Assembly: GCF_964194025.1 (NCBI RefSeq)
Contig: NC_134469.1
Span: 1,798,001-1,862,000, forward strand
Length of the DNA: 64,000 nt
Source: Convolutriloba macropyga
Lineage: Eukaryota
Reading direction: 5' to 3'
A model generated the notes under the pieces. The model saw nothing but the letters and a program-made list of their open reading frames with translations. It did no database searches and was not told the DNA's origin. A program made the translations under genes and the position numbers. Below, one piece after another: positions 23,228-33,923 of this stretch (the stretch's first letter is position 1; each line of letters starts with the position of its first letter).

Positions 23228-25553
23228 TTATAAAATCTTGACGCACGCCAACTCCTCTCGGTAGTCCCTGCTCCTCTGCGTTTTGCCACTGGATCCGGGG
23301 GGATAAGGTGTCGAAATGAAAGAGTCATCAAAGTCTTCTCCCAATTGAGTTGACTCCATCCCGTCGCGTTCAGAGTATGGTGGCACTTGAATGCGATCAG
23401 TCATTTTGAAATTCATTGGCCCTTGTCCACTCAAACCCGCATCTCCTCTTAGTAGGCGCTCCCAACAATTGAATCTACTCCTTCTGGCTCTCGGACTCGT
23501 CTGAGTACCAGCCGTATTCCCTTCGATAAATGCTTTGTTCATTATAACTCGGCAGAGTCCTGTGTACATCATCCAGAGTGCAATCACTAAGATTGCAGCT
23601 AAGTCAAACCATACAAACCAGCTGACAGGTCCACTGTGGTAAGCCCGCCAGTGAAATAGTGCATGCTGATTGATAATTCCTTGTGCAAAAGGTTTCGCGA
23701 TGGTTTTCATTGCTTCTTCATCTACGGTTCCTTCGGGTAGATCAACCATGTTCAAACGTAAAGTCTCCAACATCTGACTGTGAGCTTCCTCGCGAAACAC
23801 ATCTGGGATTTTCATTCCAGCTAGTTGTGTCTCCATTTCGTGCAATTCACCGAACAAAGTCCGCAGTAAGGGGTGTTGTTGAATCCTTACAACGAATCCG
23901 GTCTCGTACTGGCAAGTTCTTGGGTCCGGATATAATACCAAACTACCACTGGGGTCCTCTATGCGTCCTTTGCAGGGTGGTCGAATTAGGCAACTTTTGC
24001 AGCCGCTGATCCATTCTCCATTATCGAAGGCTTGTAAACTGTAGTTGAGCAGTCTGTAGTCGCTGGATCGCGAGTAAACCAAGTAGGTTGAGTCGTCCAA
24101 GTACTCCGCGTAAGGTTCTTCCGGTAAGGCTACCACCTGCTGTGCACAAAGCTTTAGAACTCATGTTTGCAAGTCGAAAAACAGACTAGAAAGGCACGTA
24201 GATTCTCCACTTCGTGACATTGAAAAAGGTTTTAGACACAGTTTAAGACGATTACTGCCGCTACAATGTGAAATGAGTTTCTCCTCCGTAACTTCGGCAA
24301 AATTATCTTTTCTTTCGGATATCAATAAGTAACTTCTCGAGAAACTGTATCGTGTCGCTGTTGACCCGTCTTCAATTGGTTGAGGTACTGGGACTGCGCG
24401 ATAAACTTTATGAAATCCGTTAGTGTGGTGTACAGGCACGTTTATCAGGACGTTTACGGCTGTTTCTGTAAGTACTGTTGACTCTACTAGTTCAAAGCCG
24501 TAATACGTCATTAAATCAGAACGGGGTATAGCTTCCTGCATCCTGTCAAGTTTGAGTCCGTTAAGAACTTGTCGTAAAATTTTTGGAGGTACAAGTGTTG
24601 CTGGAATATAGCCCCGAGCTAAACTGCTCAACGCGTCATCTAAGATGTAACCAAAATTGTGAAGTCCGACTTTGAATGCCGCCAATTCTGCTCTCAAAGC
24701 AAGCATAGTTTGGGTGAAGTTCGTCATTCCTACATTGAACTGAGCAGCAACCACTGCTGAGCTCTGTCTGTTGTTGTAGCAGGCCCCCCAATGTGTTTCT
24801 CCAATGTCGGTTTTATTGATAAGCTCTCCCAAAACGTTCCTGATCTTATGGAAATTGTCATTAGAATGAATTATGACTGATCATCTTTAATTGCCCTTGA
24901 GTTTTGTTTAATGAGTGGCCCAGCAGGTGGATTCGTTCCCCTGATTCAAGAGTGATCGTTCGCACCGCTCCGTCCAGAAATTCTGTCTCTTCACCAAGTC
25001 TATCCAAGTCTGCACCGCCACACAATCCGAAGAAAGAGAAGTATTGACAAAAACCAGCTTTTAGGACTGGCGCCAGGACAATAGCAGCAGCTATCCCACC
25101 TAGCAACGGTTTGACGAATCGCTTTGACCTCGACAAGCCTCCTTCTGTTCCATTCAAGTATGTTGCAGCCCTTTCCCGCATTTCGGTAAGAACAATATCA
25201 ATTTCTAGCATTTCATATTCCAATCCCTTCAGTGCAAGATATGTCGTATTCATCAAAACTTCAGTGGTAAAAGTGTTTTTGCAAAACTGTCCATGATGCT
25301 TCCTCCATCGCATTGCAAATTCGTATTGGAATTCTTGGAAAGCAATGTCCAGAGATGTCAAGTTGAGGGCAAGTAGGACTGGCAGCGGCACTGATACCCA
25401 AGTTGATTCCAGCGCACTCGCAATGATGACAGGGGTTTCCGTTGTGAAGACTGCGCCAGCTGTATGGTTAGTAGTTAAACAGATAGCACATCTCAGCAGG
25501 GAAAATAGGAAGAGTAGCCTCAGTGTCAGGAATCTGTCCGTTGTTCCTGTCAT
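23228..25553 (-). pseudogene. env: env, class I fusion glycoprotein (baculovirus F / gypsy env-like), about 775 aa, disrupted
   Basis: Signal peptide, furin site RSKR followed by hydrophobic FVKPLLGGIAAAIVLAPVL, heptad region, Cys-rich segment, TM WFVWFDLAAILVIALWMMY. One frameshift near 24870 and one in-frame TGA at 24161-24163 account for the three listed ORFs. Confidence 0.85.
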
Positions 25554-25736
25554 GACCGCGTTGACTCTAAAAGTAACAAAACGTTAAATTAAGTCATTAA
25601 AATCCGACCAAAGCCTATATTTTTCCGTATACAGAGAACCGATTAGTTTAAGTCAATATTAATCAATAACTGAGATTCATAAAAAGCAAGGGAGAAGGAT
25701 CCGGGTAACAAGTTTAAGTAAACGAGGAAAAAGTGT

Positions 25737-28700
25737 TTATTCATCGATTCCCAGTCGTATGACCGGTGCTCGGATCCTTGCCGAGCGGCGTAGCTCAACG
25801 GGTTCCTCCACTGAATTTTGGTTAATCGGTCGTGTTGCTTGTTCAACCTCTGCGTCTGGTGATCTACTCTCCCCGACGCTGTGAGGTTCTAACTGCCTTT
25901 GAACCAGTTGTCTTTGGTATTCCGGATCATTTTCACGGCTATTAGTATCCGGGGCGGCCTGATCGCCCAATTGATCAGCTGACTGCTCGACTATAGGATT
26001 ATTGATTACTCCAACTTCCTGTCCCACAGCAGGCTGTGGGACTTGAATCCCATTTCTTGGCACCAATATCGGCGGCCAGGGAATTGGGTCTGGATCCAAT
26101 TGCTCCCATTCGTCAACTTCCAGTGGTTCCTCGTAAAAATTCGTTGAACGAAACGGTGTGGCTCTACGCTCGCTCGTTTCCGGTTCCTCTTCCACGAATG
26201 GTTTAAGAAGGTTGTAGTGGAGAATACGCCATTTATCACGCCTTTGGGGTTTACTAACTTTGTAATTAACTTCCGAAGTTCTCTCAAGAACAATGTACGG
26301 TCCCTCCCACGGAAGAAAGAATTTTTTTGATGTAGCTTTATGTTTTGAGAAAACCCAAACTTTGTCATCGACTTCGTATGGTTTTCCAAAAACTTTCTTA
26401 TGAAATTGATCTTTTTGTCGGTTTTGATTTACTCCCAAAAGTTCCCGTGCATGAGAATGGGCCTCCCTGAATTGCCTATCGAGCCAGTCAACAAACTCGT
26501 TCTGGGTCCGCTCTTGATCGTGGGGCTTCGGGTAGAACAGATCAATAGGATATTGGCACTCCTGTCCATAGACGAGACTAAACGGAGTGGCTCCTGTCGT
26601 CCTATGAATAGTCGTATTATAGAGAAAATTGACATAAGGCAGCATTGTGTCCCAATCTCGAGGGTTTTCAGCGCAATATTTCGAGAGAACATCGGCAATA
26701 ACACGGTTATGTCGTTCCACTTGACCATTTTCTTGAGGGTGATACGGAGATGTTCTTGTTTTGTCCATTTTAAGCAATTTACAGAGTTCTTTAATCAAGT
26801 CACTTCCAAAGTTTTTTCCTTGGTCAGTGTGAAGTACCTCGGGCACAACAAAATGAAGGACCCAGCATTCTACAATTTCTTTTGCCACATATTTTGCTTC
26901 GGTTACAACAAGTGGAACACTGATTGCATTTTTTGTGAACAAATCCGTCATAACAAGAATGTACTTCGCTCTTGACCGTGCGGCTAGTGTAACTGGTCCT
27001 AATATATCAGCAGCGACCGTGTGAAAGCGAATACCAACTTTGAAGGGACTTAATTCTGCGGTACGTTGCCTGCCTGCCGTGGTCCGAGCTGCACATGGAA
27101 GACACCAAGAATGTTTTTTCTCTATGTCACGCCTCATGAAGGGCCACCAGAACCTCTGCCTGATTCGCATCAGTGTTTTTTCTACTTTGAAATGACCTCC
27201 ACTCACTGGGGAAGCGTGAAGTTGATCCAAAATTTCTTTTCTAAAAGAAACAGGTACAATCAGCTGCAAATGGGGTTCGTTCTTCTCTGGTTGAAACCAC
27301 TTCCTGTACAAAACTCGATTCTTAAGAACAAGCTCTGACCACCTTGACCAGTAGGCTACTACTTCAGGTCCATGCTGAACTGCCTGTTCTTTTAGAATTA
27401 GGTTAGGGCCCAGAGGCGAGCAGCTACTTTCTGATCTTGTTGGTGCCCAGTACAAAATACGGCTGATTGCCTCATCTTCATGCTGCAACCGTTCTATATC
27501 TGAGTCTGTGCGAGTCCATGTTATAGCGACCCCCTCTTCATTTTTGTCATCTATGGTTTCTGTAATAGCGTCAACCATAGCACAACGTTCACGTACCCTT
27601 TTTAGGGCTTCCTCGATTTCTTGAGGTTCGGGACACTGCCCCCATACCTGTTCTTTTTCGCCCGGCTCCCATTCAGGCTCTTCTTCCATCATCCGAGACA
27701 ACCCATCCGCATTGGCATGTTTGTTGCCCGCGCGGTGAACAATTTCGTAATTGAACTCTTGCAAATGTTGGAGCATTCTGAACGTCATGCCGTCTGCATT
27801 TTGCCTGAATAGCCATTTTAAGCTGGCGTGATCTGTACGTATGACAAAACTGAGTCCCCATATATAATGTTTGAACCATTTCAAAGCCTGAACTACCGCC
27901 AGGGCTTCCCGCTTCGTTGTAGAGTACATAGTTTCGGTCTTACTCGGGCTCCTACTTGCAAATAATATAGGATGTTCCACGCCATCGATGAAATTTGAAA
28001 GTACAGCACCCAGACTGACGTTGCTTGTATCTGTGTCAATGATAAAGGGGCAGTCATACCGAGGAAACTGTAGGACAGGTGCTGTAGCTAGTTCGAGCCC
28101 CAGTCGATCGAATGCCATTTGACAACAGGGAGTCCACTCAAATCGAGCGTTTTTCTTTGTTAGTTCATGCAAGGGACGAGCAATTTGTGCAAAGTCTTTC
28201 ACAAAGCATCGATAGTAATTGCAGAATCCAACGAATGACCGTACTTGTTTAACAGTTTTTGGCTCTGGCCATTCTCTGACAGCAGAAACCTTTTGAGGGT
28301 CTGGTCGAGCTCCCTCTTTATCGATAACATGACTGAGGTATACAACTTGTTGCTGAAGAAGTCTGCATTTCTTGGGCTTAAGTTTCAAGTTTGCTGCTCG
28401 CAACAGTTTGAATATACCTTCAATGTGTTTGAAGTGTTCTTCCTCAGTCGAATCGTACGCCAAAGCATCATCAAGAAAGATTAGAACCCACTTCCAGAGG
28501 TGATCTTTGAAAAGATTGTTCATAAGCCTTTGAGAGGTCCCGGGGGAATTAGATAGACCAAAAGGCATTTTAATGTATTCATACAGCCCACCATCAGGTG
28601 TGACGAACGCTGTTTTCTGTCTATCCTCTGGTGCTACCGGTACCTGCCAGTAGCCACTTGCTAAATCAAGAGAAGAAAAAAATTTCGCTCCCCTCAAAGC

Positions 28701-29987
28701 ATCGAAGCTCTGATCTATTTTTGGTATAGGAAAGGCGTCTTTCACCGTAACATCGTTAAGGTCGCGGTAGTCCACGCAGAACCTCCAACTACCATCCTTT
28801 TTCTTTTGAAGCACAATAGGAGCACTATAGGGACTCGATGAAGGCTGAATGACTCCCTTCTCCAGCATGCTCTTCAGTTCTTCTTGGATAATAGGTATCT
28901 TGGCCGGCGAAATACGATGCGGAGGTTTTTTGATGGGTGGGGTATCACCTGTGTCAATTTGATGCTGAACAATGTCGGTGCATCCAAGTTCATTGTTTTT
29001 CAACGCAAATACATCCCGATATTCTCGCACTAGTGTTCTCAGCCGATCGAGAGCAACACCAGAAACGCCCGGTGCAGATAATTCCAAAATTTGATCAACT
29101 TCCTGGTCTAGAGTGGGATGATCTTGGGCTTTATAGACTGTGTGAGCAACCCAATTCAAAACCTCGTCATCAGTGTCTGTCCATTGCTCATCTTCGGTTT
29201 CACTTAGATAAATTCTTTCTGAATCTTTGACCTGTGTTTCTCTAGAGAGTTGTGCTGCCATGAGATAGTCAGTTTCTTTGGGACTAGCGCCAGCGACTGC
29301 CTGCAGCTGATGATCGCTGACAAACTTTTTATCCTGCATTGACGGGTCCATTTCAGTTTCGCGACAGTAACGGTAGCTGCCAACTGCAGTCAGAGAAACC
29401 ATGCGCATTACCACCGCCGAACTTTCTTTGCTGCCTGTCCACATTTCGTTTGATCTAAAGTCAATTGCAAAACCATGGCGTTTCATTTCCTTGAGGCCAA
29501 GTATCATCTGAGGCTTCAAGTTCTGCAACACTAGAACGTGTATTTCCTCGCATATAGAACCCAACTTTAACTCCAATACTGCGCGACCAAGAACATTTAT
29601 AGTCTTTCCGTCGGCTGACTCTAAGCGGCCTTTGTATGGCAAAATTCTCGCAAAGCGATCCAAGCTGAAGAGTTTTTCTGCTTGCATTAGATTTGTTGAT
29701 GCCCCCGTATCAATCAATATTTCCGTTATCGAGTCGTTCACTATTCCGTCAACCACGGCTGCTTCGGAACCCTCATCAAAATCCGACGAATCAAACTTTT
29801 TCTCATCTTCTATGGCGGTTGTATTTGTTGCTACGTGCTGTTGTTTGGCCTTTTCGTCGCAAAATTTAACTTTTCTTGCGTCAAAGTTTGCATTATCATT
29901 ATCTTTTAGTCTATTTGCTTTGAATTCGGCCGGGATAAAGCCTTCTTTACGAAAAATTGTGGCCCTCCCGGCCTCTAGTAGTTTAAA
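25737..29987 (-). CDS. pol: Pol polyprotein (PR, RT, RNase H, integrase), expressed by -1 frameshift from gag
   Basis: LIDTGAS protease; WRFCVDYR, LDLASGYWQ, MPFGL and FLDD RT; TDHASL and NADGLSR RNase H; HHCC plus D-D-E (ADILGP, TDQG, VERHN) and WEGPY integrase; C-terminal LRRSAR. The frame is open but several conserved residues are substituted. Confidence 0.95.
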   Translation of the reverse strand, partial: FKLLEAGRATIFRKEGFIPAEFKANRLKDNDNANFDARKVKFCDEKAKQQHVATNTTAIEDEKKFDSSDFDEGSEAAVVDGIVNDSITEILIDTGASTNLMQAEKLFSLDRFARILPYKGRLESADGKTINVLGRAVLELKLGSICEEIHVLVLQNLKPQMILGLKEMKRHGFAIDFRSNEMWTGSKESSAVVMRMVSLTAVGSYRYCRETEMDPSMQDKKFVSDHQLQAVAGASPKETDYLMAAQLSRETQVKDSERIYLSETEDEQWTDTDDEVLNWVAHTVYKAQDHPTLDQEVDQILELSAPGVSGVALDRLRTLVREYRDVFALKNNELGCTDIVQHQIDTGDTPPIKKPPHRISPAKIPIIQEELKSMLEKGVIQPSSSPYSAPIVLQKKKDGSWRFCVDYRDLNDVTVKDAFPIPKIDQSFDALRGAKFFSSLDLASGYWQVPVAPEDRQKTAFVTPDGGLYEYIKMPFGLSNSPGTSQRLMNNLFKDHLWKWVLIFLDDALAYDSTEEEHFKHIEGIFKLLRAANLKLKPKKCRLLQQQVVYLSHVIDKEGARPDPQKVSAVREWPEPKTVKQVRSFVGFCNYYRCFVKDFAQIARPLHELTKKNARFEWTPCCQMAFDRLGLELATAPVLQFPRYDCPFIIDTDTSNVSLGAVLSNFIDGVEHPILFASRSPSKTETMYSTTKREALAVVQALKWFKHYIWGLSFVIRTDHASLKWLFRQNADGMTFRMLQHLQEFNYEIVHRAGNKHANADGLSRMMEEEPEWEPGEKEQVWGQCPEPQEIEEALKRVRERCAMVDAITETIDDKNEEGVAITWTRTDSDIERLQHEDEAISRILYWAPTRSESSCSPLGPNLILKEQAVQHGPEVVAYWSRWSELVLKNRVLYRKWFQPEKNEPHLQLIVPVSFRKEILDQLHASPVSGGHFKVEKTLMRIRQRFWWPFMRRDIEKKHSWCLPCAARTTAGRQRTAELSPFKVGIRFHTVAADILGPVTLAARSRAKYILVMTDLFTKNAISVPLVVTEAKYVAKEIVECWVLHFVVPEVLHTDQGKNFGSDLIKELCKLLKMDKTRTSPYHPQENGQVERHNRVIADVLSKYCAENPRDWDTMLPYVNFLYNTTIHRTTGATPFSLVYGQECQYPIDLFYPKPHDQERTQNEFVDWLDRQFREAHSHARELLGVNQNRQKDQFHKKVFGKPYEVDDKVWVFSKHKATSKKFFLPWEGPYIVLERTSEVNYKVSKPQRRDKWRILHYNLLKPFVEEEPETSERRATPFRSTNFYEEPLEVDEWEQLDPDPIPWPPILVPRNGIQVPQPAVGQEVGVINNPIVEQSADQLGDQAAPDTNSRENDPEYQRQLVQRQLEPHSVGESRSPDAEVEQATRPINQNSVEEPVELRRSARIRAPVIRLGIDE
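29928..29987 (-). promoter_or_regulatory. -1 ribosomal frameshift signal
   Basis: Slippery T TTA AAC in the gag frame (29987-29981), 7-nt spacer, then GGCCGGGA (29973-29966) pairing with TCCCGGCC (29935-29928). pol is in the -1 frame. Confidence 0.85.
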
Positions 29988-31126
29988 GGACCGGTCTGTT
30001 GTTGGGTTTGGCGCTCTGGGCAATCCTTAACAAAATGACCTTCCTGACCACATTGGAAACACTGCCTTCCCGCAACTGCTAATCGTCTGTCGAGGCTGTT
30101 TTGTTGCGCTGGTACACCACTGTACTGCGCATTGTTCGGTTTTGGACTGATGAATTGTTGACCGTAACGGCTATCGGGCGGATAAGGATTGTATAGACGT
30201 TTCTCGTCGCTTTCCTGTTTTGGTTTTTTGTCACTATGTGGGACCTCATATTGCTTTGAAATTACTGACGTCACAAATTTGCTCATCATATTTGACATAT
30301 TCTTCATAAACTCGGCCTGACTGTTTACTAGTTGATCAATCTTAGCATTGACAGACCCCGAAAGATCCGTAGATTTCTCAGCAGTTGCGAACACTCTGGA
30401 TGCATTGCCTCTCTGCATCAATTCATTACTCTGAGTATTCCCCTGAATCTCAACGGGGTTTTCAACAACTGATCTTAAGGACGCTAACCTTCGTCGCTGT
30501 CTCATACGAGAATTACGTGCGACAGCATCAAGGCTCAGTGCCCTATTTATAGCAGCGGAGAAGTTTTGGGGATCTTCTCTAAGTAAAAGTTCTTGGATTT
30601 CAGCGTCGTAGAGCCCATCGATAAACTGTTCGCGGTTCATATCGTCACGGGTTGCAGCATTCATGTTATGGTTCGCAACCTCCCCGGTGGACCGTATTCT
30701 CCTTGAAAATTCCTGAATTTCCTCCTTTTCGCCTTGAATAAGGTTTTTGAATTCGGCTCGAGCAGTTCGTTGGTTTCGAAATGGCATCATTCGAGGGTCT
30801 AAGTATTCAAACAATCGCTCCAGAGTAGGTGCCGGGTGCCCATCTTCTTGTTCTCGAAAGTGGTTGGGCATTGCAGTGTATTCATCAAGGGCCCAGCCTG
30901 TGAGGCAGGTTGGGACACAAGCCATTGCTTGTTCTTCATCCCAACGATTCGACTCAACAATGCATAAAAAATGTTTTTTCCAATCTACCCAAGTTTTGTA
31001 TATCAGATTAGGAAAACGATCGGGTTGGCGTGCACCTCGCCCATACAATCCTTGACCATTCAGTGCGTCCGCAGCTTGAATGGCTGCTTCGGCAATTCGT
31101 TGAATATCTTCCGCTTGCAACGCCAT
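29975..31126 (-). CDS. gag: Gag, 383 aa, with one CCHC zinc knuckle
   Basis: Capsid-like W..W..HF...NRW...L.G.A segment, QG..E.I..F motif, CFQCGQEGHFVKDC knuckle. Confidence 0.92.
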   Translation of the reverse strand: MALQAEDIQRIAEAAIQAADALNGQGLYGRGARQPDRFPNLIYKTWVDWKKHFLCIVESNRWDEEQAMACVPTCLTGWALDEYTAMPNHFREQEDGHPAPTLERLFEYLDPRMMPFRNQRTARAEFKNLIQGEKEEIQEFSRRIRSTGEVANHNMNAATRDDMNREQFIDGLYDAEIQELLLREDPQNFSAAINRALSLDAVARNSRMRQRRRLASLRSVVENPVEIQGNTQSNELMQRGNASRVFATAEKSTDLSGSVNAKIDQLVNSQAEFMKNMSNMMSKFVTSVISKQYEVPHSDKKPKQESDEKRLYNPYPPDSRYGQQFISPKPNNAQYSGVPAQQNSLDRRLAVAGRQCFQCGQEGHFVKDCPERQTQQQTGPLNY

Positions 31127-31407
31127 TTTTGTTATGTAATTGCTTAGCCGCTTAAACTAGAGTGTTCTTCTAAATTTTGCGAATCCACTTCTTGTCTTAC
31201 TTCGCGATCTCGCCGGAGTCTGAGTAGTTCTCTCAATCTATCAGCCCGACTTCTGGTTTGAGTTAATTGATTTGTACTCGGGAATTCGGGTAGGTGTTCT
31301 TCGCTTCTTTGGGCGAGTATTGAATCCAATTTTGAGGAAGTATGTTGTACACCTCTTGAATTGAGACCCAACTTCGTAAAATCTAATCTATTTTAATCTG
31401 TCAGAAA

Positions 31408-31425
31408 GCCCACCCAGGAGCGCCA
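31408..31425 (-). promoter_or_regulatory. Primer-binding site, tRNA-Asn-like
   Basis: Minus strand TGGCGCTCCTGGGTGGGC; its complement GCCCACCCAGGAGCGCCA resembles the 3' end of metazoan tRNA-Asn(GTT) (...GCCCACCCAGGGACGCCA in human). Confidence 0.8.
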
Positions 31426-32939
31426 CTGTAGAATTTTGTATTTTTATCGTTAGAAGGCTGACCGGACTGGCAAGCGCCCAAAACTCTATCAAATTTGAAA
31501 GGTTCTTCGAAGAAAAGTGAGTCCTTCTGACAATTAGGTATAAAGTTTTGTCCCCTGTGCTCTCTCAAAGCTGTAAAAAAAAATATTTGCTGCGCACAAT
31601 ATTTAATTTCCTTTCCAAGTAATGAAAATAATAAGTCGTCGAAATGTAGTTACTAAAACAACCAAGTATATATCGGTTCATTGCCTCGTCGAATTGAAGC
31701 TAAGAGTTATGCCCAGAATAAATAATTACTGAGTAGAGAATTAATGAACACAATCAAATATTCTCCTGTTATTCAAATTTAAGAATCATAAACAACTTAC
31801 AACATTTGGAAGAATCCCGAATCCACTAAGTCAGAGTAATTTAAGCAAATCCGAAAGATCGATTAATCGCTCTTTTTAACACTTTTTTTCTTCTTCTAGG
31901 AAAGTTGAACTCACGCGTCAACTTCGTCTCTCCAACTATAACGAACTTATTTAACGAACTACTGCTTTTCAGATTCGCCAATCTCTCTCTGGTAGTTTTT
32001 CTGGTGCCTAAGGATACTCAACCTTATCAGTTTTTTTATCAGCAAAACGTAACGTGTCGTTCCTTTTAGAACATTCTGACCTAACGTCTAAGTGTTATAG
32101 TTGGCGTGGAAGGTCAGTCACAAGATGCCGCTTATCTTATGTTGATGTTTGTTCGAGATGACCGGAGCTGCCTGTTTATCTCGGTTTGATAATTTCAGAA
32201 TATGGCACAATCCATGTTTCATGCTGAGCAATATGTGTGCAATTTTTCGCACGCTTGCTTTTTCCTTCCTAAGTAACGAATATGCATCCAATTTAAACTA
32301 TGATACCTTTGTTTCCCATTTAGGCTGGAGTAATGTTCCGTTCTAAATAAAACTTTAACCATTTCCTTAGAGTCATCAAAAAAGGAAAATAAAACTTAGC
32401 TCTTTCTGTCCCTTATTCCATTGTAGAATAGTTTCAGTGCTAATACTTTGGATTGACAGGTAATTTATCTCAACTTTCCACTCTGAACTGGTAAAATGTT
32501 TTGACTCTAGAAAAAATGTCGCTTCTTTCAAAGGAGTATAAGAAATTGGCCTTTCATCTATTTTCTATGTTTTACTTTAAAGGCCAAAAGAACGGTTTCG
32601 GGTACCGGAAAAAGCCCGTTGTTTTTTTCAATGTGTAAGGAATTGTCCTAGGAGTGATCAGTTAAAATTTCATGGTGATCGGACTTGAGGAAGTAGGGTT
32701 TTCAAGACTTGCGGGGGGGTGGTGAAAATGCGGACGCCTGGATTTGGGACAATTAGGGCCCTGAAGCAGTACCAAAGAGTGGCAAATCAATATTTCATGC
32801 TCTGATAACTCAGTCAATGTGCGCACGCCATTTCTTGTTTGCCAATGATCTTATGCAAATACTAGCAAATCACCAACTAGCAAATTCATTAAACCTTAAT
32901 TCCTACTAGCTTTGATTTACCTACTAACTTAGAGCGCCG

Positions 32940-33872
32940 ATGGATTTCCAATTGTATCAGTCTATTCTCAATTTTCATCGTCGTGGGACAATTCCACAAG
33001 ATGTAAGTATTAATCGACAGAAAAGGCACCGTTTTAAACAATTATGTAGTCGCTACAGCAAACCCAAACTAACCCTTTTTAATAAAAAGACCGGACTCAA
33101 AGTATTGCACTCAAGGAGTGCAAAATTTTTTATCCAAAAATTACATCGGGCCCACGAGCATATTAAAGCAGTTGAGCTCGAACGGCTTGTTAAACAATCT
33201 TATGATGTCCAGGGAGCCCAGCCTATCGTTCGAGAAGTAGTACGTAACTGTGATTATTGCAATGAAAAAATTACTCATCGCCGTTTTACCGGTCCCTTAG
33301 TTCATGCTTCTCGCCTTACACTGGATAGAATTTGTTATGAATTAGACCTAGTTATTACCGAAAGGCCGTTACTAGAAAAAAATTGCTTCAAGAACGCCCC
33401 TTCGTTAGATCCTACTTCTTTTATCCCTAAAACCGTGGACACTATTGATCCCGATTACAATTGCGTGTGCGCTGCACTTAGCACAATTCTGACCGGAAAC
33501 CCTAATCAAGGCGGAAAAATTGAAGAAGTAATTCGTTCTTTACGAAAAGAAGGCCCGGACCGCCACTTATTAAATCTGATGGGCGCTGCCCCTTTTATTA
33601 ATGGCCCAGATGATCTTAATTTCGTTACAACAACAGATTTGAGAATGCTATCCCGAACCTTTAGAACTAATATTTATATGTTTTATGAGACCGATGAGTT
33701 CGAGCAAGCCCACTGGGATTGCTACACTGGAAATAAGATGGGCCCAAATAGAGGAAGAATTTACTTAAAGGCCGGCATGAGCGGTGGAACAATGCATTGT
33801 TTTATTGTTACTCGTGTTAAGCAAAAAAAAATGAGAAGTAAGTTGTTCAATTTAGATGACATAATTTATTAA
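32940..33872 (+). CDS. LTR-encoded antisense protein: integrase-type HHCC zinc finger + OTU-like cysteine protease (apparently intact copy)
   Basis: H69/H74...C104xxC107 preceded by a GIN1/Ginger-like N-terminal segment. IDPDYNCVCAALSTILTG resembles the OTU D-x-N-C box; TDL..LS..F..NIY, W..Y, IYL and H286 follow. Confidence 0.7.
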   Translation: MDFQLYQSILNFHRRGTIPQDVSINRQKRHRFKQLCSRYSKPKLTLFNKKTGLKVLHSRSAKFFIQKLHRAHEHIKAVELERLVKQSYDVQGAQPIVREVVRNCDYCNEKITHRRFTGPLVHASRLTLDRICYELDLVITERPLLEKNCFKNAPSLDPTSFIPKTVDTIDPDYNCVCAALSTILTGNPNQGGKIEEVIRSLRKEGPDRHLLNLMGAAPFINGPDDLNFVTTTDLRMLSRTFRTNIYMFYETDEFEQAHWDCYTGNKMGPNRGRIYLKAGMSGGTMHCFIVTRVKQKKMRSKLFNLDDIIY

Positions 33873-33923
33873 CCCGGACTAGCACACACATGACAGATAT
33901 CTAAGTTAAATTAAAGTTCGCTT

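Noticed and set aside
26400-31055. Plus-strand ORFs overlapping pol and gag (e.g. 26400-26975, 29632-30030, 30747-31055)
   Set aside because: Antisense shadows of long coding frames with no recognisable motifs.
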